A stretch of 64,000 bases of DNA from Haplodiscus bocki (GCA_965655095.1 OZ296658.1:5084001-5148000), one strand, 5' to 3'. Shown: positions 27,101-40,257, numbered from the stretch's first letter. Program-made: numbers and translations. The notes: a model not told the origin generated them from the sequence alone.

Positions 27101-29056
27101 GTCCCAACTTGACTGAAACCTGTCTTAAGCGCTCGACTATGAAGAATTGAACAATTTAATCTCAAGTTTATAATCAACCGCTCACAAGCGTTATTCGAAA
27201 TTGGTCTCACTATAAGAACACATTGTTTGCATAGCAAACAACAACAATAATAGAAGAATCTAAAGTTATAAAGCGTGAATAAACGGTGAATTGGCGGCGG
27301 CCAAAATCAAAATTAACATGTAAAAGCCACAAATATGTAGGTGAGGGTAAAATACCTCAAGATGCATGAATATATACGATATTTATAAAATGGTCAAAAT
27401 TATGTTGAATCTAAATATGTAACTATTGGAAATATTCATTAAAATCATTTCACTAAATGTCAAAAAGGAGTGTGTGGCATCCAAATAAGCACATGGGATG
27501 CCAAAGCACATGATCTATGTAGGTGTGGCGTGAATGATGGCTTGAGGGGACAAAAGGCATAGGATATGGAAAATCACGGATAAACACCAAATTTGACAAA
27601 TAAATCTCATGGAAATAACACATTCTTTTAATATGTGAAATCAACTACAGGTCAAATGGGTCGCTATGACAAATACCATAACACTTTGAAGCAAATTAGA
27701 AGTTATTGATTGATTAATGAACTGAAGAGATGGAAAAAGATGACAAAATTCATCAAAAACCCAAAAAAGGGCTAACTGCTCCAAAGCGCGCCATCCAGTG
27801 AGATTTTTTTGTTCTTCTTTCTGGATTAAAGTTGCTCATTAGCTTTAATATACAAGAAAAAGCGCCATACATAATTTTCAGCAGGATATGGCATTTTGAC
27901 CTTGAGAAATAGCACTTTAAATGTCAAGCAGGAAATAGGGGTGGAATTCGATATACCGAACAGTTTAAGGGCTAGAATCAAAATTATACAGTACATGCTA
28001 AACAATTGCAATACTAGCACTGATAGGGGGTTCTCGGGGCTCAATATAGCAGTATTCGACAATTCCATGAATTTCCAAAGATTTGAAAGTTTTTCAAGTT
28101 TTACAGATATTCGAGTCTCTGGCGCCGACAGTGACAAATGAGAAATTTTCAATTGACTTGAAAATTTAAACATGAGCTAACATTATCACAAGTATCGAAA
28201 TCTAAGAATAAACAGTGATACTTCCTCTAGCTTGGGTGAAGTGGGAGAAAATAAATCCAAACGAAGTAAATAAGCGGGTATCATTGGGGTTCACTTTAGT
28301 GAACAGCCGCGCCCAATCGGTCAATCACGAAGACGTTTGCGACCTGCGAAAAAAAACCTACAGGCATTAGGTTTCAATTATTCCCTTGAAAGTTAAAACA
28401 CTTTTTGAACTAAATTACTGAGTGTTGATACACTCTCTCATGTCAATATGATGAGAAAGCTGTAGTTTCTTGTCATAATACAACAACCAAAGATGGGCCT
28501 AACTTCGGAAAAATTTTCCCAATTTCTACGCCAAAAGTTGCTCTCTATCAAAAATAGTCGGTTAGTATTGTTTCTTTTTGCACATAAGTATACTTGGTTG
28601 TTTGCATAGGATAGTGGTCAACATTCCGGAATCAAATCTTTTCAAAAGGTTGAAATGAAAGTATGGGAAGTAAACTGTAAATATATCCACAGAAAAGATA
28701 AATTTGGAAAATCCTTCGCATCAAGAAAGCTAATCGTGAAACTTTTGAAGCGAAGCTGTTGTTCAAAACGCTGATAGAAGTCGAACCGTGAACACTTTTC
28801 GACTTCCGGTGAACACAAGAAAACTTTGAGAAGTTAGTAGTTAAAGCTCAGTGTATATACACTTTTCCTCTTCAATTTTTGCTGTTGTTTCCAAACAGTA
28901 TCGAAAATGGTTGCCATTTATCCAAAGTTTTCCCTTTCCAACCTTTCACGCATTGCAGTCAAGCAAGCAAGCCGTCCAGAGGCCAACCAAAAAGGTAACC
29001 AACCAAAGAACCTTTGATAGCTAACCAAATATGTTTAGTTCATATCAATTTCGCAA

Positions 29057-29232
29057 CACATTCTGACTTGACAGTTGAGATCAGGGATCCCAAAAGACAT
29101 TTGACACTTTTAGGAAAAACTTCACCAGCTCTCAGTTAAACATTTGTTTGAAAAGCAAATTGAGACAGGTACCTGTCACAGGGTCTGATACTCGAAAATT
29201 TCGTATGTAAATCATGTCTTTTCAGGTTACGC
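29057..29232. repeat. Dispersed repeat; copy at ~52433-52620 and weaker copy at ~35800-35900
   Basis: CACATTCTGACTT...GTTGAGATCA.GGATCCCAAAAGACATTTGACAC...TGTCTTTTCAGGTTACG is shared between the loci. Confidence 0.8.
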
Positions 29233-29618
29233 CTTTTGCTGCGTAATGTTCAAAACCTTTGCACAGTGAACGACACGAAAATGAAAAGGTATCTGCTATA
29301 CAGTCTCATATTAATAAAAAATGATATATCAATCAAGTTTGTTAGAGGTTACGCCATTTTGCCGCCCAATATGTAAGAAGTTTTTACAGTAAACAACGCA
29401 AAAATTGAACAAGTACCTCCCAAAAAGGCCGCTTCTGACCGTGTAAGATGAATACTCTCTGATGACGTCACAAGACGCAAGTTTTGGACAAGATCTAAAA
29501 AATGTAAGCACAAGGGGGCGGTTTCCCATGCACATTCTTCTCTGAGAATGAGTAAAAAAACAACAGAAGATAAAACTCAACTGAACATTTTGCTCTATCC
29601 CAAAAGTAATCAACTAAC

Positions 29619-29807
29619 AGCCATGGTTGCATTTTTTGGGCAAGTTTACTGTAGGGCGAGGAAACACTGAGCCTGGGATTACGTAATGGTGGCACGGATG
29701 ACGTAACAATGCCTCGTTTGCTGCTATTTGTGGCATTTGCAGTAGAAAAGGGAGAATCCAAGTCTCCGTAGAAACTTTTGTCACCGGAATTGTTCAGCAC
29801 AAATGAT
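29619..29807 (-). CDS. Host coiled-coil gene, exon (phase 2 to 2)
   Basis: ttttag acceptor, gttagt donor, 189 nt, SFVLNNSGDKSFYGDLDSPF...SSPYSKLAQKMQPW (ORF 29495-29821). Confidence 0.75.
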
Positions 29808-30338
29808 CTAAAAGAGAACAAAATAAAAAATACGCATTAATAATCGAAGGGTAATTCATAAAATGAATATGAAAACAAAATTTTCCCCGAAACTTTGAAA
29901 TGTCTGGCCAAAATCTTTACAATAGAAACTTTTCCACTTCTCACTTAAAATTGGAAAAGATAACAAAAATCAAAAGAAAAAGGAATGAAATATTAGCCCT
30001 TTGTGAGAATTTTCAGAGCCGTTTCTGGGAAATTGAAGCCCCTGAATCTCGCTAAAACTGAAATTTTTGTATAAAAACAAGAACTTTGGTTAATTTTGGA
30101 AAATATAACATAAAATGGACTTTTGGTTCAAATTTGGATCGAAATAGTCAAACTTTCGAAAAAATAGCCTATATTATAGTTGCGTGGAAATGCAATTTAA
30201 CAAATTCTGAAACGAACCATCATTTAAAGTGTGCTTTATCACTTTCCATATTTATGTGCAAGACATAAAATACCGATACACGAACTTGCGCCAGTTGCAG
30301 GGCTCGAACCTGTGCCCAAAGAAAACAAATGGCAGATA

Positions 30339-30589
30339 CCGTATTTACCGGTGTATAATGCGCGCCCGTGTATAATACACACTCCAATTTCAGACTAAAT
30401 TTTGAGAAAAAAAGGAAAATAAACTCCTCAACAGAAAGGTTAAATTGTATAACAGTATTTACTTTGATCAATTTGGGAAACTAACAAAATGATGGTTACA
30501 ATATCTTTCACCTAAGTTTACCCTCAAATTAAAGACCAATTACATCGCATGTTTCAGTGCCTTTGTTATTCTAATGTCGCATGAGTAAA

Positions 30590-30620
<31 letters not shown>

Positions 30621-30677
30621 GTATTTAGGTGTTCATTTTGGGGAAAATAAGAGCGCATTATACACGGGTAAAAAAAG
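30339..30677. mobile_element. Tc1/mariner-superfamily (Tc2/pogo-like) MITE with TA target duplication
   Basis: TA|CCGTATTTACCGGTGTATAATGCGC at the left end and GCGCATTATACACGGGTAAAAAAAG|TA at the right end (imperfect ~25-bp TIR); internal CCGTGTATAATAC subrepeats. Confidence 0.75.
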
Positions 30678-30680
30678 TAC

Positions 30681-30907
30681 CTTTCATAGTCAGAAACTCC
30701 TCCACTTGACAATCTAAAAAGCAGTCTGCTGATTTTTTTGGCAACTTCGGGACTATCCGAATTTTCTTTCTCTCCTTCGTCAGCTCTACTGCTTCGACAT
30801 TTTCGGTTATCTGCGAAGAAACTGACACTTTTGTTCAAATCCATTTTGGACATATTCAAACTTCCGATCGTTTCATTGGCTAATCCATCCGCTGACCTCA
30901 AACTTGT
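30681..30907 (-). CDS. Host coiled-coil gene, exon (phase 0 to 2)
   Basis: ttttag acceptor, gtactt donor, 227 nt, TSLRSADGLANETIGSLNMSK...GGVSDYE (ORF 30566-30901). Confidence 0.75.
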
Positions 30908-33900
30908 CTAAAAAAGTAATCAGATTACAGCAACCCAAGGCATTCCCAAAAGTAGAAAATAGATAAAACTTTTTTATTCAAGGAAATAACTCATGAGCCG
31001 AGAAACGCTATAAAGTGAGGTGACTGGTTAGTGTTCGGGATTCAGATCTAAGATTTTTTGCCCCATTTTTAAAATATGGTGAAAAGGTTCTACGCAGAAG
31101 CTAAGCTGCGCTTCGCATACACTTGCGCCGAACGTTCAAAGAGAAAGACTTTTCCATTCAAGCAAAGCAACGGTAAAAATAGCTGCTCACAAGCAACTCC
31201 ACTCATTGCGTTTCAACCTAGGCATCGGATGGCCACACTTCAGCCGATAGTCTTCTAGAAAAACAAGTTGAAAAGAAAATCGAACTCAAAACCAAAAGTC
31301 AAGAAATTTTGCGTGCAAAGGAAATCTAAGCGTCTCCACATATTCTCTACATTTTGGTATTTTGAATAAGATCCGGAAGAACGTAATTTAACCACTAGTA
31401 TTCGAAAAAACACTTTTGAAAAATTACACAACTAAAATATAAAGCACTCAAAAAATTTCATTTAAAGAACTTGGAACGAAAAAAAGGGACATGTCTGTTT
31501 TTTGTAACCATGTACCTACTGCGGGCTTTTGATTGAGCATTAGTTTTCCACAATCTAAACAGCAGGCTTCGAGAAAAAGCCCCAAGTAAAAATTCGGAAA
31601 ACAAGTCAAGAAATTTCGGGTGTAAGGGACGATACGGGATATCCCGACTCCTCAACAGAATCTCCATAATCGAGGCACTGGAAGGCAGACAAAACTGTCG
31701 CAGCCTAAACGGTAGTTTTCGAGAACAACTACCAAACAAGAAGCATGTAACATTTATCCAATTTTAAATAGCAAAGCAAAATATTTCATATGTAGACTAA
31801 AATGAGTGAAACGTGTCATGTCTCCTACTTAGCCAAATCTGTAACATTCAGGCTTTTGAATGAGCACTGCATGCCTACAATTTCAACAGAAGTGTCCAAA
31901 AAAACTTTGAAAAAAACGCAAGTAAATGTTTTTCGAAACTCCCGGAAAACCCAGCCATAAATAAAGCAAAACTCAGTCGCAAAGAAAACAATTTGTCGAC
32001 TGAAATGTATTTTGCACACGTGGACCTTAAATTACTCATCTTGTTTCCCAGGTGGTGGGAATCCACACGGTAGTCTTCCAGGTAAAAACTCAGCAAAAAG
32101 CAAATTTGTTCAGAATGCCGAATTACAAGCCTAGACATTTCACTACAAGTCAAAACAACGCAAGAGGACATTTCAACTACTCAGCATATGCGCCGAATTA
32201 AGGGATATTGAATGAGAACTAGATAGCCGGAACGCAACGGCAGTCTTCCGCAAGTTGGAAAAACTCAACACTCAAACCACAACTCCAGAAAAATCTGCGA
32301 CTGTTGACTTTGAGAAAACAACTTTCAAAAAAATCTGAAAGAATTTCGAATTGCAAGTAAGATGATTCTGTAGAACAACACATTCAAAATGCTAAAAATG
32401 GATATCTGCATCAAGACATTAGCTCTGAAAGGAAAATTCACTCTTCACTTCATTTATAGCCATGGAAATACTGAGCCTACGGAGTCTGAAAAAGACCATC
32501 AAAGGCAACTGACCTCTAGAAAATGCAAAAGTTTCAATTGTTATTCATTTTTCTACCCGTAAATTTAAGAAAACTTCACTTTTGGAGACCAGACACCCAC
32601 TGCTTTTCGAAAAAAACTCGATGATAAATGTAGGAAGTAACCGTACTTTTTGTCAACCGGACTCATTTCAATTTTTGGGAACGTTTTTTAGGGAATCCAG
32701 CGGAGGAATTTTTTTCAACAACTTCCAGAACAGTTTTTTCACGGAAAGCGGAAAGTTTTGCCATCGGGTGGTGCTAAAACATTCCATTTCAAGCTTTACC
32801 ATTTTTCAGCAAAGACGAGACGCTTCTCCAAATGAAAAACGCCCTAAGCAAACAACGCAACGTGGGCACAACATCGCGCAATGTTAACGGTCGGGAAAAA
32901 AGTCCCACCGTAACAAAGCTCATGACACTTCCTATCGCAAGTGTAACGTGGAAGCAAAGCTGGAAACACAACAAGACCTACATTGGAATGAGACAGACCA
33001 TCATCAATGCATCACAATAGAACCCTCTGGCGGGTTTTTGAATAATTGTTAGATGCTCGGAATCCGCCAGACAGTCTTTCAGGACAGAAACGAAAGTGAA
33101 GGCGAGATTGTTTTAAATTTCAAATTACAAGACAATTCATGTCAAAATCACGACAGATGATATCTCTATATTTTCGCCGATGCGCCAAATTGTGGGGTTT
33201 CTATGAGCACCGGAGGGCCGGAACCCGAATGGTAGTCTTTAAGAAAAACAATTTAGAAAAGAACCAAGTGAAGATTTTTCGAAATTAAAACTGGAGGTCA
33301 AGAAAATTTCGGTTGCAAGATATCAAAGAGCATATCCCTGATTCTCCAGAGGTTTTCCATATGGCGGGCTTTTGGTTGAGCACCAGTTGGCTGCAAGACA
33401 ACCGGTTGTCTTTGAAAGCAATCGAATTTCAAAGATTCAGTCACTTCAAATTTTGAAATGGGAGAGTTAATAACAATCTTCCAATTCACATTTTATTCAC
33501 GCTGCTTCAAAGTAAGAAAATAGCACACTGAAAGAAGCAAAAAAAAATAAAAACTGAAGCTTACAAACAACTAGGCAGGTTCATTTACAAGCAAAGTTCA
33601 TCCTACTTCTCATCTCGTGCGAGTTGACGACACCCGGAAAAAATTAAGACGGATTAAATAAAACTTGCGAGCGCGAAAGCAACAGAGGCGAAGCGGAGCT
33701 CCGGAACCTGGCAAACAAATTCCCTGATTTTGCTGAAAATTTGGAAAAGCACTACTCATCATTACCGGAAAAATCTGTATCAAATTGGGATAACTCACGA
33801 AATTCCAGAAAGGAAAAAACCTTATTAAACTGAAATTACCAGACTGTCTGGGAAGTCAACTCTGGCTCTTATCGAAACTGCAAAGTCCTTCTATTTAAAA

Positions 33901-34802
33901 ACTGTGACTTTTCGAGATATATGGGATTTTCTTTACAAATGAGGTTTTTGGCCTATCTTCGATCATTGATCGGAACACAGGCAGCCTAAGTTCAAAAACT
34001 CTGGAACGAATGAAAAATTACCTAGTTTTAGCCTACTTCATAGGATGAACAACGTCAAAATTCTCAAAAATTGGGACAACTCTTCGAAAAATGCCGTTTA
34101 ATAATGAATTATCCCGAATACGAAGCGAAAAAGTTCATCGAAACGGAAAATAGCAAAACTTGCAGAAAATAGAGCAAGTTAGAGCCATTTTTTCACATTA
34201 TTTTTCCAAGAAAAAAATTGCATGTTATACCTTAGTATAGCCTTCGATATCATTAAAAAAGCAAATTTGGCAGGAAAAAGAACTTTTGAGCCAAAATAGC
34301 AAAAATTAGTTTTAATAGTCGAAATTTCAAGTTTTATTGCTAAAATGACAAAGTTGAGAAATTCTGACTAAACACAGAAAATTTGCCGAATGGGGAATTG
34401 AACCCCGATAGTCGTTTTAATCAACCGCACACGGCCATCGTTTTTAACCTATACACTAAAAGGGACCTGATTTGGCGGCTACAACGAAGTTCATACCACC
34501 TTTCTTGTGCGAGTTTTATTTATCACGAAACGCGCGTGGACCATAATTAGCTGGCGGTTTGCTAGCTTAAACATGATGCAAGGGACTGATTTTTATTGTT
34601 TACAGAGGCGAAGCTCTGCTTCGCAACACTTGCGCCAATGGTAGTGAACAAATCGACTACATAGAACTGTTTTTAGAAGGGGCCACGATAATACGAATAC
34701 TACCGAACAGAAATTCAGTTAATTCCTCTACATTTATATTACACAAGTGGGAAACTCTATAATATATTAATTCGCTTGATATTTTAAAATGCTGATTCTC
34801 AA

Positions 34803-34868
34803 GCGGCAATGGCACAGTCAATAGAGCATGCGACTTCGAAGCCAAAGATCCCAGGTTCAAGCCTAGGA
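34803..34868 (+). mobile_element. tRNA-derived (Arg-TCG-like) SINE head or tRNA pseudogene
   Basis: A-box-like TGGCACAGTCAATAG, CTTCGAA loop and B-box GGTTCAAGCC, but no pairing acceptor stem. Similar isolated B-boxes occur near 22085, 22250, 25570, 30300 and 34400. Confidence 0.4.
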
Positions 34869-35350
34869 CACTATCTCTTCCCCTTGGTCAAAAAGCAGGA
34901 ATTTTGCGAGTTATGAATGGATCGGAAAATAATTCGAAGACTGCGATATAACTTTGCTTGCGCAAGTGTAGAGATAATACGGAAGGTTTAAATCCGTCGA
35001 ATTTGGGTAAGATTCAGACATATGCGCCGAGAAGCTCGGAGAATGTATCGCGGTGGGCAGAATTATATCAAAGTTTTGGGTCATACACGGTTTTTTAGAA
35101 TACAAAGTACAAATTAGCATAAAAATACCTCGTCCTGAACGGAAATAAACTTTTGAAATTGAAACAAAAAACCAGCAAATTAAAAGAACATCAAAAAGAT
35201 TTAAAAAATTATGTAGAAATTACATTGCATTATTAGGTTTTCCAGACTTTCATAATGACAAAATTAGCTGCTTTTGTGATCTGTTTTTGTCTTGAGTTTC
35301 TTCGTAATTTATGATAAACTGATAAACAATACTGCCACTTGAGACGTTAC

Positions 35351-35641
35351 CTGCGCCTGCTGTCTATTGGCATTTTCAGACGATTTCTGCTGCACTTGTC
35401 TGTCACTCTGTTCAGCATTTTCCTCACCGAGATTATATTCGCCACTTATGATGTTTTTAAACAGAAAACTCTCACAGAACTCAGCAGTGGACTTGCAGTG
35501 ACAGATGTTGAGAAGCAGGAAGTTGAAACTGTCTCGATGAGTCTCGTCTTCAAACACAACTGCTGAGAATGCATCAGAAAACTCGCTTCCTCCGTTTGCT
35601 TTCTCACATCTCATGGCCGCGGCTAGACTGAGAAACAGGGC
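35351..35641 (-). CDS. Host coiled-coil gene, most upstream exon found (phase 0 to 0)
   Basis: ttacag acceptor, gtaacg donor, 291 nt, ALFLSLAAAMRCEKANGGSEF...NRQQAQ (ORF 35309-35614). Confidence 0.75.
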
Positions 35642-35693
35642 CTGTAAACGAATAAAATAACAACTACAGGGTTCCGCCCTCCAACTATGTTAC

Positions 35694-35730
35694 ACAGAGG
35701 CGAAGCGGACTTCGCAACACATTGACTAGT
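35694..35730 (+). mobile_element. Helitron/Helentron-type terminal hairpin; related copies near 19201, 31095, 33682 and 34602
   Basis: GCGAAG-CGGA-CTTCGC hairpin, 10-nt spacer, then CTAG|T; an ACAGAGGCGAAGC..CTTCGC core recurs at the other loci. Confidence 0.45.
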
Positions 35731-36092
35731 CGAACGAAATCAAAGATCTTGAACAATTCAAAGGCTCTGGGAGAAAATTGAACCTTGACCGGATACATGA
35801 TTGCACTTTTAGAAATACTACACCAGATGTCGGTCAAAAGATTGTTCGAAAAAGTCGAAAAGAAACAAGAACCTGTAACATTGTCTGATACTCGAAAAGT
35901 TGATCTGTCAACCGTGGAACTGTAAACAACGCCAGAAAAATTATCAACACCATCTGTCCTAAATAATGTTACATGTAAAAAGTTCGAGCTCTCAAAATGG
36001 CCGATATTTGTCAACAAAACGTCGAAACAACTTCGAAAGTTTTTATCTCCGATGTTTTTGCAAATATCAATCATTTTCAGGGGACACCTAAT

Positions 36093-36372
36093 AAAGTTTA
36101 TAGGCAAGCAAGACCGCCAGAGGGGTGATGAAACTCATGTTTTAAGATAGATTATAGGATTCGAGAAGGGTCATCGCCTTTTCTGTGATGTGTTTTTATT
36201 GGTTGCTGAACAAATTTTCCAGGACCCCGCGCCGCCGTCGGTGGGTTTATTATGCAATAATACTACGACCGCGAATATTTAATACGCCTGCGGACATCTT
36301 ATCACGCTTGCGGATACTGCTATGTAAAACAATTCCATAAGGGTTTCAAAAAAATTAATTGGAGAGTACAAA
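36093..36372 (+). repeat. Left TIR of Polinton 1
   Basis: Reverse-complement match to 51462-51747 (shared blocks such as GAAGGGTCATC, CTGTGATGTGTTTTTATTG, CCCCGCGCCGCCG, CCGCGAATATTTAATACGCCTG); roughly 75-80% identical by eye. Confidence 0.92.
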
Positions 36373-36431
36373 TAGAAATTGAAATCTATGAAAGGCATTT
36401 TTACAATGAAAAATTGAAAAACTGCATGCAA

Positions 36432-36807
36432 TTACTTATGAAAGTACGCTAACACCATGAACTCCGGTAATTTATTCCTTTCCGAACTTGAAGAGAAGAA
36501 AACTGCATAAATCGTGCAGAATCCACGGACGCTGGGAAGTACCTGCAACCGCTCTGGAATCATCCGTTGGTAAAGCCTCCTCAGGAAACTGTAATCTTTG
36601 CGACCAATTGAATCGGCAAAAATATTGATAGTGAAATTTTGCAATCATAAACCAATGCTCTCCCTGCATCTTGCTGGGTTGCGCGTTGATAATCGCAAAT
36701 GTATCATTTGGTAAATTTGGTACTAGATCGCACGGATAAGAACCAATGTACCGATACTTGAGGAGTGCAATGCTGTCAAATAATTTTCGAAGGCTAACGG
36801 AATCCAT
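36432..36807 (-). pseudogene. Adenain-like cysteine (maturation) protease, frameshifted
   Basis: YIGSYPCD, GEHW (catalytic His), FADS, LQ...SVRG (catalytic Cys position mutated); split over ORFs 36472-36843 and 36432-36644. Confidence 0.85.
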
Positions 36808-36809
36808 AT

Positions 36810-38164
36810 TCAATGTTTTCTCCAAAGACACCAAACCCGTCAACTGCTACTGAAGACATCAGTTCTCCCAATACAATAACTTCTGTAACGTAAATTTCAG
36901 CTCGAGTCTCAACGGCTCTCCATCGAGTTCAGGGTAGTGACAGTGTTCAGCTGCATCTTGCAACGACGTTAAATCGAATACTAGCACGTAAAGGTCTTGG
37001 AAATTATCAATGGGGATGGACGGTATGTCGTCTTGAAAATTTATTGCTTTCATTGTAGTAACGTATAGACGACAATTATCCGAGTTGTCAAAATCTACAA
37101 TTGGTTGTCCTCCTCTGAGTTCTATTTTGCATCGAGTCAAACTGTTGATACCAAATGGGTTTTCAGTGAAAGATCCTGTGAATGCAGAGTTCGTATTCAT
37201 TGCAATAGCAATTCGACGAACTGGAGCATTGTCAAAGATGTTTTCCTCAGTAAACCAGTTTTGCTTGGCAGGAATGATAGAAGTCTTTGCTAGAGTTTCC
37301 AAATAGTTGTATTCCACGGGAGTAGATGCCAGCATGTCCAGTTTCTTCAGGCGATAATCATTCTTGAGAGCAACACGACGAGTGTAGAGTTAGCAATCAA
37401 CAATTCGAAGAGTAACGATGGGGTTGTAGCTAATCATATAAAAATTAGGTCTGGGTCTGATTAGTCGTAGCCTCATTTTCATATTTGGATACAGCAATTC
37501 AGAAGTGGAGAATAAGTCAACCCCCAGTTTGTCATACAACATGAAACCATCGGGTCTACTGTTCTTCTTCATTTTCCTTGTGAAAACAGGTTCAGACACG
37601 GGTGCGACCATAAACTCATCAGGACATTCTTCATAGTCATACCCTTCACAATGCAAAACTCCCTCGTATTCAAGGATAGCTCCCCCGAAGTTGTTGGAAA
37701 TGTAAGACTTGTGTGCATGCAGTCCATTAGAGCTGTATATTTCCTGATTAATGATGTACAACTCAACATTAGAAAAAACTGAATGCATAATGTTGTTTAC
37801 ATGAGTAACAAAAGGTATTGACTCAGTGTTTTCATCGTCTGTAGATTCTCCATTAACGTCTGCGGTGGTCGATTCCGATTCCAAGGCTGTGTGTTCTTTT
37901 TTTAACTTCCTTTACTGTGTACGTGTCAAAGCCGCGCCTTTTGACCAGTTTGAGTTTCAGAGCTAGGTATGATTGTCTCAAATCAACGTAATACTTGCGA
38001 TCAGTTTGAAACTCAAAATCAATGCTGTTTTCATCCAATGACGTGGTAAGGTATAATTGTTGTTGAGATGACAAAACATCATCAACAATTGGGATTTTAC
38101 TTCCAGGCTTACCGAAAACGGCTACGAAAGGTTGGTACCGGAAATCTTGGGAAGTTATAATCAA
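36810..38164 (-). pseudogene. Double jelly-roll major capsid protein, fragmented
   Basis: FEFQTDRKYYVDLRQSYLALKLK, NNIMHSVFSNVELY, LLYPNMKMRLRLIR, PVRRIAIAM..NSAFTGSFTENPF, VFDLT across ORFs 37853-38164, 37390-37884 and 36859-37335. Confidence 0.9.
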
Positions 38165-38179
38165 GTGCCCACTTCAGTA

Positions 38180-38527
38180 AAAATGTCTTTGCGTGACCGA
38201 CTGCTTCGTTTACTAGATCTGGTTGGAACGACTCTGCTGACGTAACGTTTTCTGCTACCAACTCCTTGATGATTTCTCAGAGTTTGTCACCACACGTCTT
38301 TGGCAGCTGAGTTGATGATCTTCTTACGGCTGACAACATCCGGGATTTCAGCCACTGGGAACTCCAACAAATCTGCTCCGATGCGTCTAGCGGCCGGGAC
38401 AGAATATTATCCGAGGAAGAGATTCGCAGTTCTCCCAATAACTTGAGCGAAGACACCAAATTCTCGTCCTCGTTGTCTACCGACTCCTCTTTAAAACAGA
38501 AGATCTACTTCTTTTTTAGGCAACCAT
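38180..38527 (-). pseudogene. Small Gly/Arg-rich putative virion core protein
   Basis: RGVGRQRGREFGVFAQVIGRTA...PAARRIGADLLE with in-frame stops; lies between the minor and major capsid genes, as is usual in Polintons. Confidence 0.6.
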
Positions 38528-38544
38528 TTCACATTATATTTTAT

Positions 38545-39323
38545 TCACAAACGAACATCAGACACTTTCCTGATCATGAGAACGAGTCGAGTAATTATCA
38601 CGAAAACAAAGTGAATATTTCGCCTGAAGTATCCTTCAAACCAACTTATAGGCTAAAAAATGAACTTTTCAGCAACCTACGAAACTGCAGGTTACTGAGT
38701 GTCTGATAATTCTTGTGTTGTCCGGTAGTAATGGTATCGGCGGACTTCAGCTTCGATATGAAGGGAAAACAACGCAACAAGAGAGCTTTTGTGTCTCCAA
38801 CTATAATGTATTCGACAAGGTCGGTGTAAATCATGAGTGAATGAATTCGAACAATATCGTATGCAAACAAGGCTTTGTGGGGTCCTTTTCCTCGCATTAA
38901 AAATCCGATGTCATTGGGAACATCACCTCCAAAAATATGTTCTAAATCGAGGCTAGATATCACCACACTAGATTCTTCGTTAGTGAGGAAAACATCAATT
39001 TTTGTGTTCTTCGGGACTTTCACTTTGATTTAGGTGTCGTTGTGATTGTTTCTGTTTTGAATTACTGAATTCATCGCTTCCACAATATCTGTAATGGAAG
39101 TATATAGGCCTGGCTCAAGGTAGTAGAAACCTTTTGTCTTCATCGTGAAACAAAAAAATTCTCTCGGTAACATTCTGTTACATTGAGGGGTCTGATATTG
39201 CTACTCCCCCTGACCATCTAAAATAACTTGCTCTGGAAAAAAAGTGGTGAAAGAGCTCAAAGTATTGTCAGGAAATAATTCTGACGAAGTGTTTGAGACC
39301 AACTGTATTGTAAACGAATCCAA
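38545..39323 (-). pseudogene. Minor capsid (penton) protein, fragmented
   Basis: N-terminal DSFTIQLVSN.S.ELFPDNTLSSFTT and C-terminal IYTDLVEYIIVGDTKALLLR (ORF 38646-39023). Confidence 0.85.
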
Positions 39324-39339
39324 TCTCAAATGACTCAGA

Positions 39340-40257
39340 TTAGCTCCTTTTCATAGAATTTCCGGTGCATAACCAGACTCTGTCCATCCTCTACGGTGTA
39401 CGTTGGAGTTTTCTGTTGTCAATAGCAATGATTTGAAACACTTTTTCTGTAAAGTGTGGTCTATAACCTTTCTCGAATGGTATATCAATCTTTGAGATAC
39501 GATGCTTGTCGCTTATTTTGAATTTAAGTTGCTTGAATTCCCTCAGAGGTTGACCGTAAAGTACAGACATGAAATCAGAATTTTTGACTTTGTTTCGTAA
39601 GATGCCAACAGTGCGAATCGTTGTCTAATTTAAGCTAGCAACAAATTGTGGTAACTTGTGAAAATATTACCATGATCTTCCATAAATCGATACATATTGT
39701 TCATGAGGGATCTGATTGTTCGCTCTGCAAAATCAGCTTTTGCCTCATTCATTGTGGAATATATTTCAAAACCCTCGGCAACACATAAATTTTAGAGTTC
39801 TGCAGCAAACTCAGTTCCTTGATGTACCCATATTTTCTGACCGGTCTCTTCCAGTAAGAATTTTTGAAAACGTTATCAGAGTTTCATTCGAATCTTTCGT
39901 CTTCATCCCTCTACCATCCATTGTTCTCTCAAACATGTCTTGACGTAAAAGCAGGCATTTAAATCCATTGTTGTCTCTGACCAACTTTTCAACAAACGTC
40001 AAATCCATGCACCAACCTTCGTTTCCTAATCTTGCGAAGGCCTTCATTCTTCGGAAATTGCGGGTAGATTGGGAAAATCTTGGGTACGATGTCTTCGAAT
40101 ACAGGAAATGTCGAACTTCTGAAATTGGAACTTTGCTGGCTTTTACCAAATTTTGTACTGAACCATATGCTGCACCACCTTGACTGTATAATTTCTGTAG
40201 TTTTCGTCGCTCATAATTTGAAAGGCACCCAGTTTCCTCTGTCTTTTTCCTTGGCAT
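39340..40257 (-). pseudogene. Retroviral-like DDE integrase, frameshifted
   Basis: LYSQGGAAYGSV, WCMDL..V.KL..DNNGFK, QGTEF, FAERTIRSL, FEKGY.P.FT motifs. Confidence 0.9.

Noticed and set aside
28880-29020. Possible extra host exon (LTAMRERLERE)
   Set aside because: There is an in-frame stop shortly after and only a weak donor; the exon chain is phase-consistent without it.
34803-34868. Functional tRNA-Arg(TCG)
   Set aside because: The acceptor and anticodon stems do not pair; kept only as a SINE or pseudogene relic.
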